A stretch of 64,000 nt of DNA from Squalus acanthias. Lineage: Eukaryota. Of the stretch, positions 25,537 to 38,427 are shown piece by piece. Below the pieces are notes generated by a model, which ran no database searches, was not told the origin of the DNA, and saw only the letters and a program-made list of their open reading frames with translations. Position 1 is the stretch's first letter; every line of letters begins with the position of its first letter. A program made the position numbers and the translations under genes. The stretch spans positions 310,001-374,000 of the forward strand of contig JASTWF010000333.1 of assembly GCA_030390025.1 (NCBI GenBank). The letters run 5' to 3'.

Positions 25537-27134
25537 GCTGTCAGGGAGCATCGAGGGAGTTCTCAGTTTTTTTCTACTTCGGTCAATAGGTTATAAACTG
25601 TAGTTTCAGGAAATTACAGTCACTAAACCAGTATAGGAAGTTCTTCAATTGCACTAATGTTAAATGTTTGCACGTACAGAAAAACAGGAAGAGGAAGAAA
25701 GAATTACTGTGTGTGCAAAATGTAAAGATATTGGTGATTTTTAAAAATCTGATTAAAGGCAGCAAATTAAAACAAGGAAAAATCTGGTTAATGGGATTTC
25801 TAATGAGTTACCAAAGGGAGTACAAATGTCTGATATAATCATAGGCCCTGAAATTCCTGTAGGGATTCCGCCAGTCTCCTGCCCCTTACATGGCAAATGA
25901 TGTATGGACTTCTTAAGCTGGGAGCTCCTGCTCCAGATCCACCATAGGGACCCGACGGTTCTGTGGTAACCGGTGCACCGAGTGAGTGGTGGTGTACTGG
26001 CCTCAGGGCTGCATGTGGGCCCCACCAGTGGCGTCCAGGCCAGGCAAAGATTTTAATTTCCACCAGTTATCTCCTTTGCTCAGGCAGTCAATAGAAGGAT
26101 TTCCAGGATCGAAGGGTGTAGGCCTGGGAAACAACATCCCCCACCCTCCCCCCCAAACAGTCAGGAGGCACCAAGATTTCCATGGGCATGGGATAGACGG
26201 GTGCACATACCCTATGCTAATGCGGTGCCCTCCCACTGGCCCCATAAACAATGGAGAGGTCAGTGCCAGAGGGCAGCAATGGGTACAATCCTGGCATAAC
26301 TGCTGGGATCATGACCCAAGGAATATCGGATCAAAGCCTTGAGAAATGTGGAGCAGGAAGAAATTGGTTGGGGAGGGGGGAAGAAATGAAGGAGTTAAGG
26401 TCACAGAGGAAAATGTCCTGAGCAGGCAGGTATTGACAGAAGTACATGGAAAATTCAAAACCGTCAGCATATTCAATAATTAATTACGTGGACAGAGAGT
26501 GTGTAGCGGAGATAAGACAAATTGCGCAGGTTTCTGTTTACAAAAGACTAAAAAGTGAGCCAGATTATGGGAGATAGTGGATTATAAATTGGAGATGTAG
26601 AAGAGCTTGACTGAGCTTTCCATGTGGGATTAAGCAATGTTGAAGACAGGCAATCTGACGCAAAGAAGAGTTAAACTTATGAAGTAGATCCTTAAAAGAA
26701 TATGGCTGCCTAAAATTTGAAACTTTAATCCCCAGTGGTAAAATTTTTCAAGATGGTATGCAAAGTCATTTGAGGGGGAAAAAAAAAGTAAAAACCACAG
26801 CAGATAAAGGAAGGGGAGATGTAAAAGCATTCTTTATATTCACTGTAGTCCAGACTGAAATAAAATTGACCTAGTAATAAACAAACATTTTCTTCCAATA
26901 TGATATTTGAAACCATTCATGTGGTATAAATAAAAATACTCAATGAATGCAATTCAATACAATACGTATTCCCTTCAGCTACAAACCTCACTTTATGCTA
27001 AAGTTACTTGAGCCCCAATTTTAACCTAAGCCACTCAGCGAGATCGAGGCGGGTTGGGGTCAGATGCTTGTTTTCACACCCGCCTAAGTTTATGCTCCAT
27101 TGAAGTCAGTGAACGTAAAATCGGGCAGGTGTAA

Positions 27135-27560
27135 AGAACATAAGAAATAAGAGCAGGAGTAGGCCATACGGCCCCTCGAGTCTGCTCCGCCATTCAAGAA
27201 GATCATGGCTGATCATCGACCTCAACTCCACTTTCCCGCCCGATCTCCATATCCCTTGATTCCCCTAGTGTCCAAAAATCTATCTATCTCAGCCTTGAAT
27301 ATACTCAAAGACTCAGCAATCACAGCCCTCTGGGGCAGAGAATTCCAAAGATTCACAACCCTCTGAGTGAACAAATTCTTCCTCATCTCAGTCTTAAATG
27401 GCGTACCCCTTATCCTGAGACTATGCCCCCTAGTTCTAGACACTCTAGCCAGGGGAAACAACCTCTCAGCATCTACCCCGTCAATCCCCTTCAGAATCCT
27501 GTATGTTTCAATGAGATCACCTCTCATTCTACTAAACTCCAGAGAGTATAGGCCCATTCT
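27135..27560 (-). mobile_element. CR1 LINE 3' end inserted in a short TIR element
   Basis: GLYSLEFSRMRGDLIETYRIL...WNSLPQ. Confidence 0.9.
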
Positions 27561-27738
27561 ACACATAAAGTGGGCGCCTGACCCAGTTCCCGCCAGGCAG
27601 GTTAGATTAAAATTGGGGTTCAATGGTTCTCTTTGACCAGTGTGTTAAATTCCCTATTCAGTGGTTCAAAACCAATAAAAAACTACGCCTATGATAATTC
27701 AGTACAAGAGATGTCTTCATGCAACCATCAGACACAAG

Positions 27739-28541
27739 GGCCGCGATTTTATCGGCACTGAGAGGGTTCTGATCCCGCCATCAACCCGCCTCCAAGCAAT
27801 TTTCCCAAGTGTCGGGTCCCCGATTTGCACATGGACCCAACACCTAGCGGTGGGAAGAGGATTAAAACCACTTATCTGCTTGTTAACAGGCTCTTTTTCA
27901 ATTTTGCCGCGTCTGCCTCGGGGTTCCCGACGCCCGGAACCATGCCAGGTAAGTGTGGTGTGTTGTGAGTCTGCTGTAAAGTTTCTGCATTGATGACAGC
28001 TGCAGAAGTGGTGTGAAGGATCCAATGGTGCACTGGTGAGTTTCAGAGGTAAGAAAATGTTGGGAAAATCATTTTTAATGCATTTACACTTTTCTGCAGG
28101 TAACAAGTTTTGAAATCGATGTCTAGTCCCACCTCATTGGGAGAACCTCTCTCACCAGTGACAGATCACTCCTGTCACCTCACCTGCAGCTGCCATCGGT
28201 TCCAGCCTATGGAGAGAGTCATGGAGAGCCTGGGTGCAAGAGCTCACCTCTGTACAGTGATTGTCAGTGTTTGCAGCACCTCAATGCTGTCAAACACTGA
28301 GAAATGAGCTGTCAAAAAAAAATTGTGTGTGGTCCCTTTAAGAAAACCGGCAGATGACGCATCATCAAATGACATCATCTGACCGGTTTCCTCTTAATTG
28401 GCCGGCAAGCCCGCAGGGCGGGCTTAACAAGGTCAATCAATGTAAAATCACGTCCATGGGCCGGATGCAGTTGGGCCGGGACTGGAACCTGGAAACCACC
28501 TGACCCGCTCCCAACCCGCATCCAATGACAAAATTGCAGCC
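27739..28541. mobile_element. Harbinger-type MITE
   Basis: GGCCGCGATTTT / AAAATTGCAGCC termini, AAG 3-bp TSD. Confidence 0.7.
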
Positions 28542-28735
28542 AAGGATTCAGTGAGCTCCCACACTGGCAAGGCAAACTGGATTTTAAATCTTTTCTCATG
28601 AAAACCTACGCCTCACACATTTTTAATCAGGTCAGTTAGCCAGACAGTCATCATATCCAGGCTGGAATGTGTTACAAGGCAGTAAACACATTAAAAATTA
28701 AGTGGGCATTATAAACCATATGAGAAAGATATATT

Positions 28736-29479
28736 GGCCCAGAAATTAAACACTGAAGTGTTCACGCGGGGGTAAGGCTTCCCCGCGATATCTCACTCCG
28801 CGCCTACCTTTTTCCTCCGGGTCCACACGAACTTTAGTTTCAAGGCTGCAGCTGTGCAGTGCTTGCGTGACCCAGAGACGCAATTAGTTTGTGCGAGCTC
28901 TGGGATCACATGATTCAGTTAGAGTCAATGGCAGCACACCATCTTTCATTCATAGTTTTGACAGCAAGGGCTGTCAAAGCTATGAATACTATACCCCCCC
29001 AAAAGAACAGCTAAACCTCAATTAAATTTTAAAAAAAGCCATCACTTTAATAAAATAAGTATAGTTAAATAAATTAACCACTTTAAACAAAAAATTAAAT
29101 TTTTGAAAAAATTTAAAAATCTTTTTAAAAGTTATAAAAATAAACTTACCTTTCTTTAAAGTCTCTAAAAAAGATATACCTGTTGAAAAAAATTTAAAAT
29201 ACTTAATTAACTACTTACCTTGTTAAAAGAGGGTCTTACGCCTCCTTTCTTTATGTGTAAAATCTTCCATGCTTACCTGCACGTTCAAAGCACTAAGTGC
29301 ACTGCGTGCGCGCAGCCTGTAGCGCGCACACGGTTCACTTAGGAACCAGCCCCCTTTTGAATTCACGAAGTGCCGGTTTCCCGCGCATGCGCAGTGCATG
29401 CAGGAAACCGGCAATTGGAGACCTAAAACGCGAGAGTACACAGTGCGTACTCTCGCGTATTAGGTCTAATTTTCGGGCC
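28736..29479. mobile_element. Non-autonomous relative of Harbinger A
   Basis: Same GGCCCAGAAATT terminus, CGCGGGGGTAAGG motif and CCGGTTTCCCGCGCATGC...GGAAACCGG palindrome as 5406-14309. Confidence 0.8.
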
Positions 29480-32400
29480 GTTATGTCTTTGAAACACATC
29501 CTTGCCTGTGTTGTTCTCTATAGTAAATAGTTAACAATTCTGATTTGGATCCCTTTTCCTGGATAAACATCATGGGATTGAAATTGTGCTGAGAAATATC
29601 AGTAGCAACTAATCAATCTTGCACGGTAGATCAGAGAATAAGGCCATTCTGTTATCGGTTTCTGATGTCATCATGTTGCTGTTTTTCTCAGTCTCTTCTC
29701 TCCTCTTTTCTCCTCTTTACTCTGCTTGGTTCTCTCTCTGTCCTCTTCTGCTTCTCTCTGTCTTTTTTTTTAGGTGGGAGCATGGCATAGTGTAGTGGGG
29801 AAAGGAGCACCAACAGTTTCAGGCGGCATTTGGGGTAGGGTTTGCAGGGAAACTGTGGCCCTCAATGACTCCATTCTGTCACCCAATCACTTATGTTTCC
29901 CCATCCACTGGCTCTCATTGCATCATCTATACATTCACCTTTTCACTACGCATATTCCTCTTGCTACCACCAACTCACTTCCATCACTACCCCTACACTT
30001 TCTTTAAACTACCTGCTCAACCAATGTATCCTCCCCTCCCCTGCTCTGCTGTGACTCACCTCACACTTAACTTTCTATCCAGTCATACTCGCTCCCCCCC
30101 AAGGGCAGATGGTGAAAGGCCAGAGGTTCCTTCACCCTCAATTAGTTTCCCTCCATGCCTCTCCTACCTACTCTCCCTTCCTATCTGTTTCCCTCAAAAG
30201 AGACATTGTTTGCTTTCAAAATTCAACTTGTTCAGGGTGAAGCTCAACTTCAGCAGGGGCGCAAAACAGGTGATAGTGGATCAGCCGTCTGTTATACACC
30301 ATACCCAAATTTCCTTTCCAATGAATTCCTGCCTCTTTTGTGCCACGCCAAAGCTGAATTTCACTCTTGTGGTTTTAAAAAGAAGTCAAATTAGAATGAG
30401 GAAAGAAATTGTCTATCTCTATCCCTCCCTCCCTGTTAGGTGTTAGAAACTATGTGGGTAATTTTAATGTAACCCGCCCAGCATGAAGTTGATGGCATCC
30501 TCTTGGCTGCTGATTTAAACACATTTTTACTTTCCATTGACTTCAATGTCTTCTTGTTTTTCAAAATTATATAAAGAAAAATCACAGCATAGAAAATGCT
30601 AGAAGCAAATGAAAAATATTCCATTAGTATAGCTGACTGAACAGACTTGTATTCTGGGGAAATAGGTACATTGAACATGTTCAGACTGCACAATCCAAAT
30701 TCAGCTCAGAGTCACAGTGTTGGCCAGGAATATCAGTTCAACCTCAGGCATTAAAAGGCACAAAAGTCAATTCAATGGATAAATTTAATCGTGTTATTGT
30801 GAAATATGTCATTTTTTGAAAAAAATTGTTTAGACCCTTATTGTGAATATTAGAAATTTCAGTTACTAAGAACAAGAGTGGCAGAAAACATTTTGAACAT
30901 TTTGTTGGAACCAGGTGACCAGATTCTGCAATCAGGGAGTGATAGATTCTCACGATAAAATGATAGCTATTGTGTGTCACGCAGTGTGACAGCTTTAACA
31001 TTGAAAATACCCATCACAACACCACCTACAGGAGTAACAAGCACTGTAGGTACTTATGATGAGTTTACAATGAAGCACATAACCTATTATCAAATTTTAT
31101 ATATAGTAGATGGATGTGATACTGCATTTGTATGAAATTCATTTGTCCACTATTTTACTGAAGACATTGACTAAACAGATTAACAGATTTGCTAAAGTAG
31201 CGGAGAGAGGGATTTCATACAAATACATTAACATGTGCCATACAATAAAAAAGGAAGGTTGGAATGGGAATAGGGCCATTAAGGGATAGACAGGATAATA
31301 CCACAGGTAACGATAGAGAGATGGTAGAAATATTAAATAATTATTTTGCTTCAGTATTTACCAGGGAGATAGAACAGGAGGACATGACATTGGATGATGA
31401 GATTAGTAATGAGATAAGTGCATTTAAAATTAAAAAAGGGGATAGATTAAATAAATTTATCAAACTCAAAGAGGATAAAACACCTGGTCCGGATGGATTC
31501 CATCCACGCATTTTAAAAGAATCTAGGGAAGAGATAGCAGAGGCATTACTACACGTATTTAATAATTCATTAGAAAAATGTGTAGTGCCAGAGGACTGGC
31601 GGATAGCTAACGTAATACCGATATTTAAGAAGGGGGATAGAACATGTCCAGGGAATTATAGACCAGTCAGCTTAACATCAGTTGTATGAAAAATAATGGA
31701 ATTCCTACTAAAGGAGTAAATAGAAGAACATCTGGAAACCAAAAACATAGTAATGAATAGTCAGCATGGATTTCAAAAGGGAAAGTCTTGCTTCATTGAA
31801 TTTTTTGAAGAGGTAACAGAGAGAGTAGACAATGGTAATGCAGTAGATATAATTTATCTAGATTTTCAGAAGGCCTTCGATAAGGTACTCCATAATAGAC
31901 TGATGAACAAGGTCAGAGAATGTGGAGTCAGGGGACAAGTTGCAGAATGGATAGCTAGCTGGCTTCAAGACAGAAAGCAGAGAGTAGGGGTAAAAGGTAC
32001 CTTATTCACAGTGGCAGAAGGTGGATAGTAGTGTTCCACAAGGATAAGTGCTGGGACCACTGTTGTTCACAATTTGTATTAGCGATTTAGACTTTGGAAT
32101 CAAAAATGCAATTTCTAAATTTGTGGATGACACCAAATTTTTTGGGGGGCATAGTCAATACTGAGGAGGACTGCAACAAATTACAGGAGGACATTAATAA
32201 ACTTGCAGAATCGCCATATAATTGGCAAATGAAATTCTACACAGATAAATATGAGGGATTACATCTTGGTAGGAAGAATAGGGAGGTCACTTATTACTTG
32301 GAGGGTGCAAGTCTAGGTGGGGTAGAGGAACAAAGGGATCTCGGAGTACAAATACACAAATCACTAAAAATTGCGACACAGGTTAGCAAGGCCATAAAAA

Positions 32401-33681
32401 GAGCAAACAAGCACTCGGGTTTATTTCTAGAGGTATAGAATTGAAAAGTAGGTGAGTTATGCTAAACCTGTATCGAACCTTGGTTAGACCACACTTAGAG
32501 TATTGCGTACAGTTCTGGTCGCCATATTATAAAAAGGATGTAGAGGCACTGGAGAGGGTGCAGAGAAGACTTACAAGGATAATACCAGAAATGCGAGGGT
32601 ATACATATCAGGAAAGGATGAACAGGCTGGGTCTCTTTTCTCTTGAAAAAAGACTGAGGGGTGACCTAATAGAGATTTTTTAAATTATGAAAGGTTTTGA
32701 TAGAGTAGATAGAGAGAGCATGGCCGCGAATTTGCCGGCGCTCAGAGGGCGGGTTTGGAGGCGGGTCGGGAGTAAAAATCAAAATGATTGAAGGCGGGTT
32801 GTTAACCCGCTGCCATCCCGCCTCCACGCAACTTTGCAAAGTGTCGGGTCTGCGAGTCCCGATCAGACCCGACACCAAGCGGTGGGAGAAGCACTTCAGG
32901 CAGTTAACAGTTTGTTAACTGCCTACACAATGCCTTTTTAACTGGCTCGTCCCATTTTAAGAAATTTTCAGCGTGTTGCCCGTTGTGCGACAAACACGCC
33001 AGCTGAAGGTGTCGGGTTCAGCAAGGATCTCAATTCATGACAGCTGCTCCTGCAGCATTAAAGTGGAGGTGCAACATGGCTGACTTTCAGATGACAGAGC
33101 TTTGTGCTTTGAGGTTTTGGAACACTTTTTGCTGGTCTATTGAGCTTGTGAGTGTTTAAGCTGAGATTATTTGCACTTTGACCTCCTTGGATGACCCTCT
33201 GGCCACATTGACATCTCTTCCTCAACTGAGATATATACCAGCGGAATGGGAACCATTTATACCCTCTCCTCCTGGTCCTCAGAATCAGAGGAAGAGCAGC
33301 CACGACAGCAGCAGAATGAGGCACAACAGGAGCGCTAGCCTTCTCCTCAGCCACCTGATGCTGCACAGGGCAGAGGCCATCAGCGCAGGGCTGCACCTTG
33401 CCGCAGGAGATACCCCCAACACAGGGTTTACAGGCCGAGGATCAGCTTCCTCAACATGAGTGAGCAGCACTGCCAAAGGAGGCTGAGACTTTCGCAAGAG
33501 GTAGTCGCTGACATCTGCACAATGCTGCACCAGCACCTGTAGCCCAGAGGAGCGGGTGGACACTCCTTACCAGTGGCCGTTAAAGTCACCACCACACTCA
33601 ACTTCTTTGCTTCAGGGTCATTCCAGGGATCATCAGCAGACATCAGCGGCATCTCCCAGTCGGCCGCACACACTTGCTTCA

Positions 33682-35190
33682 AGCAGGAAACGGCACCGAT
33701 ACAGTCATCAATGTACCGGAAAAAGAGGTGAGGGAGGTACATTGATGACTATCGGTGCCGTTTCCTGCTCTTGCCCTGAACCAGACAATTTCATTCACTT
33801 TGCCTCCAATTTCCACCCTTCCCTCACCTTCACATGGTCCATCTCCGACTCTTCCCTTCCCTTCCCTTCCTCGACTTCTCCGTCTCCATCTCTGGGGATA
33901 GGTTATTGACCAACATTCACTACAAGCCCACTGACTCCCACAGCTACCTGGACTACACTTCCTCCCACCCCGCCTCCTGTAAGGACTCTATTCCCTTCTC
34001 CCAGTTTCTCCGTCTCCGCCGCATCTGCTCCGACGATGCCACCTTCCATACCAGTGCTTCTGACATGTCTTCCTTTTTCCTCAACCGAGAATTCACCTCT
34101 ACCGTGGTTGACATGGCCCTCGACCGTGTCCGTTCTATCTCCCGCACTTCTACCCTCACCCCGGCCCCTCCCTCCCAGAACCACGATAGAGTTCCCCTTG
34201 TCCTCACCTTTCACCCCACCAGCCTCCACATTCAACGGATCATCCTCCGCCATTTCCGCCACCTCCAACGTGATCCCACCACCAAACGTATCTTCCCCTC
34301 ACCTCCCCTTTCAGCATTCCGTAGGGACCGCTCCCTCCGAGACACCCTAGTCCACTCCTCTATCACCCCAGCACCCCTTCCCCCTCACCCGGCACCTTCC
34401 CGTGCAAGCGCAGGAGATGCAACACCTGCCCTTATACATCCCCCCTTCCCACTCTCCAGGGCCCCAAACACCCCTTCCAGGTGAAACAGCGATTTACTTG
34501 TACTTCTTGCAATCTAGTATACTGTATTCGCTGCTCACGATGTGGTCTCCTCTACATTGGGGAGACCAAACGCAGATTGGGTGACCGCTTTGTGGAACAC
34601 CTCCGTTCAGTCCGTAAGGGTGACCCCGAGCTTCGGTCGCTTGTCATTTTAATTCACCGCTCCACGCCCACTCAGACCTCACCGTCCTCGGCCTCGTGCA
34701 TTGTTCCACGGAAGCTCAGCGTAAGCTCGAGGAACAGCACCTCATCTTTCAATTAGGCACTTTACAGCCTTCTGGACTCAATATCGAGTTCAACAATTTC
34801 AGATCATAACCTCGACCCCTAATATATATATATATATTTTTTATCCACACTTTTGGTTTGTGCCTTTTCCCTTTTTTTTTCTCCCTCCCCCATGGCAGCT
34901 GTCTCTCATTCTGCCAGCATTTCACATTTCACACTTCTGAGCCATCTTTTGTTTCTTAACCTGTCCTATTACCATCTCGTCTCACCTTTAGCATCTCTTA
35001 ATGTCTCTACTCCTCACAGACCTCCCCTTTTGTTCTTTTATTCCTTCCCCCAGCCTCCAACTTCATCTGTTTCATTTCCTGCTTTTTTCTCAGTTCTGAC
35101 GAAGGGTCTTCGACCTGAAACGTTAACTCTGTTTCTCTCTCCATGGATGTTGCCTGGCCTGCTGAGTTTTTCCAGCGCTTTCTGTTGTTA
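33682..35190 (+). mobile_element. Penelope-like element, 5' truncated (RT C-terminus and GIY-YIG endonuclease)
   Basis: YIDD, FLDFSV...HYKPTDSHSYLDYTSSHP, NLVYCIRCSRCGLLYIGET.RRL.DRF.EH; inverted head; hammerhead motif in the 3' region. Confidence 0.92.
35090..35132 (+). ncRNA. Minimal hammerhead ribozyme-like motif
   Basis: CTGACGA, stem II (AGGGTC TTCG ACCT), GAAA core. Confidence 0.7.
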
Positions 35191-38100
35191 TACCAGAAAC
35201 AACCTCTTGTGCAGATGATCAGAACTCAATCTGTATCAACATCAGATGCATTATCAGTCACTCATGAAATCTAAATGAGAGGGTTGCAAATCTATTCTGT
35301 CACCAGCTTGCTGTACTACGCACGTCTCTACGTCCCCCACTTCCAGCTCCTTTGCACCTCCGACGATGTCGTCAGCAGCCTCCTCAGCGCTTGTTAAAGT
35401 GGCCAGGGATGGTGGGCCTCCTCCTATCCTCGCTCTCTCCCTCTTTTTGTGGGCTCTCTTTTCCTGCAAGGAGGGACACAAGTGGAGTTTCAGCGAGATT
35501 GATGGCGTGAGTGTAAAGATTCCATACCATAGAAGCTTAGAGGGAGACAAAGATAGAGTGAAGTGCCAATACTAAGGTGCCTCCCTGTGCGTTGTTAGAT
35601 GTTGTCATTGCGTAACAGTGAGAGCGAGTGTGAGGGGTGGTGAAGTGATTCTGTACATAGAGAGAGAGGGATAGGTAAGGGTGCAAGGGAAGTAAAGGTA
35701 AGGTGGAATGTGCAGGAATATGCTGACAATGCAGAGTGATGGGGATGAGAACAGATGGGAAGCAGATTGAAGGTAAGTGTGATGTTCTACTCACTTTTGC
35801 TGAGCGTAGCAGATCATTGAACCATTTTCGGCACTGAACCCAGGTGCGTAAGCACAAGGACCTTGCGCTTACCTCCTCAGCAATTTGCAGCCAGGCTGCC
35901 TTTCTCTGCTGAGGAGGCTTCCTCCAGCCATCGGGAGGGAACAGAACCTCCCTGTGCCCACTTACTCCCTCCACAAGAGCTTGGAGGGAGTCATCATCAA
36001 AACGAGGAGCAGCCTTACATCTTGGAGCAGTCATGTTGCAGTGGGCCATTTTCAGGAGCAGCACAAAGGAAATGAAAAGCAAAGGCTACATGGACCCCTT
36101 AAAACCAACTGAATCGATGACGTCAGCAGATGCGAGCAGCAGACCAGCACCCACTGATTAAGCCTGCCGTGGGCGCTACCCGGCCCAATGAGTCCAGTTC
36201 AATCAAAATTGTTATTTGGGAGCAGCTGAAACCAGCAGCAGGACCGGAACCCGTCCACCAGCCAACCCGACTCTGACCCGCCTCCTGTGGCAAATTCATG
36301 TTTCCACTTGTGGGGAAGAGCATAACTAGAGGCCATCAATATAAGATAGTCACCAAGAAATCAAATAGGGAATTCAGCAGAAACGTCTTTACCCAGAATG
36401 TGGTGAGAATGTGGAACTCGCTACCACGGGGAGTGGTTGAAGCGAAAAGTATAGATGTATTTAAGGGGAGGCTAGACAAACATATGAGGGAGAAGGGAAT
36501 AGAGGGTTATGCTGATAGATTTAGGGAGGAAGCTCAAGTGGAACATAAACGCTGGCATGGACTGGTTGGGCCGAATGGCCTGTTTTTGTGCCGTATATCC
36601 TATAAACATAAAGAACATAAAAAATAGGAGCAGGAGTAGGCCATTTGGCCCTTTGAGCCCGCTCCGCCATTCAATAAGATCATGGCTGATCTTCTACCTC
36701 GTCTACACTAGGCTCCCTGGGCCTGATATTGTGGAGAGCCACTCTCGCCGGGCTGCCCGCCTGCGGGGCCGGTAATCAGGGACCTTCACACGCTCACTCA
36801 CACACTGTCTACACTGGGCTCCCTGAGCCTGGTATTGTGGCGATCCTATGTAATCATAAATCACAATTTCAATCCCAATATTAGCTGCTTTTCAGTCAGA
36901 TGGAACAATGCCAAGGGACAATTAATTGTAGAGATAAGGCTTTGTGAACCAAAGAAGCTGTGACACTGGGCCACTTTATTTTCTGGGAATAAGCTACCGA
37001 AAGCGATGTTTAATTTTATTGTGCCTGATCTTGAATTGGCTAATTAGCTTGGGATGGTTCAATAGTGTGTCTGGTATTTGACCTTGGATTTCAAACAACA
37101 CTTCAGCAACCTTTAGCAGTGATAATGGATGGGGGATGGGCAGTAGCAGCAATTCCCCCTGTGGCAAGCTCCTCAGTGCAGCCACAAACCCAACTGGGAG
37201 CTCCCAAAAAATTTAAATTAGGCGATGCTCACCTGCCAAATTAACAAAGTTGATTCTGGCTACAGGAAAATCCATGCTGCAGCATGCAATTTTATCCTCT
37301 ACAGAGGGGGAATTAGTGGCTTATCTCTCAACTGTCGGGATTCAAACACGACATTCTGATTTTGCAGGATATTTTCAATCCTGCTAAGGAGTGACATCCA
37401 CTGTTTTAAAATATTACGGCAACTGTTGCAACCTTCAAGACTGCTTTTTGGAATTAAGGAAGTTGGGACTGAAATTCCTCGGCCCAGTTTCACTGGTAGA
37501 AGTGCAGTGGAGCAAGTGTTAGTGACCTCTGTTCGTTATCCCATTGGAGTATCCAGGGTCAGGGTGGGTCACCTAATTTAAACGGTATCAGTCGGCGCCC
37601 ATACCAATGAGTTGCATCTTGGGTGCCTGCCAGAAGGGAAGGTAGGAAAAGTGACATTGGCAAACTTCCCAGTTGCTCCCGCCCCTTTATAAAGGGAGCG
37701 GTATCAGTCTTGCTGCCAGAATTTTAACTGGTGGTCTAGGGCAGGACCGAGCACAACAACAACTTGCATTTATATAGCAGTTTTAAAGTAGTAAAACATC
37801 CCAAGGAGCGTTATCAAACATAACTTGGCACCAAGCCACGGAAGGAGAGATATTAGGCCTGGATCTTCTTGTGAGCTCCATTTCTGCCGCTCAAAGTATC
37901 TGCATGCCAAGTATATTTTGAGTATTCAGGTCCCTGGACAATAGAGAGCCAGAGCTATGGAAATTCTCAGCATGTGAATTCCCTCCTCTGGACTCCATCC
38001 CCCCCAATGTCATGGGCTGTGTTTAGAGTGGACAGAGGTGCCACCTCAACCAGGCCCCATCAGAAATTCACAGCCTGGGCAGGAACCTGGCATATCTGGG

Positions 38101-38289
38101 GCCCACCCAATTTTCCGGAGGCGATGCTGCACTCCCAGCCACCTCACACCAGGAGTGTGCCTCTGGCTCCACAGAAAATTTGCCTTAAATTTAAATAGAT
38201 TGATTTAATGGAAGGAGTTAATCAAAATGTTGCTATTTAGATTAAAATGTTCGTTACTGAAAATTATTTGTTATTCAATGAACACACTA

Positions 38290-38427
38290 AATTGCTTTGA
38301 CGAAGGGTCATCGATCTGAAAAGTTAACTCTGTTTCTCTCTCCACAGATGCTGCCTGACCTGCTGAGTATTTCCAGCATTTTCTGTTTTTATTTCAGATT
38401 GTCAGCATCCGCAGTATTTTGCTTTTG
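38290..38427 (+). mobile_element. Solo Penelope pLTR-like fragment with degenerate hammerhead core
   Basis: TTGACGAAGGGTCATCGATCTGAAAAGTTAACTCTGTTTCTCTCTCC matches 35096-35190. Confidence 0.75.

Larger units (their letters stand above)
32722..36297. mobile_element. Harbinger C, decayed: transposase 5' part (+, about 33250-33685) and Myb/SANT exons (-, about 36050-35320)
   Basis: GGCCGCGAATTTGCC / GGCAAATTC termini; SFLNMSEQHCQRRLRLS...[34 protein letters not shown]...WLQIAEEV...QCRKWFNDL. Confidence 0.82.
31245..36605 (+). mobile_element. CR1 LINE ORF2 (RT), degenerate; pieces 31245-32721 and 36298-36605 split by Harbinger C
   Basis: PGPDG.HPRILKE, NYRPVSLTS, YLDFQKAFDKV, HLEYCVQFWSPY; sequence resumes ATGTTTCCACTTGTGG after the insertion. 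Confidence 0.9.
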
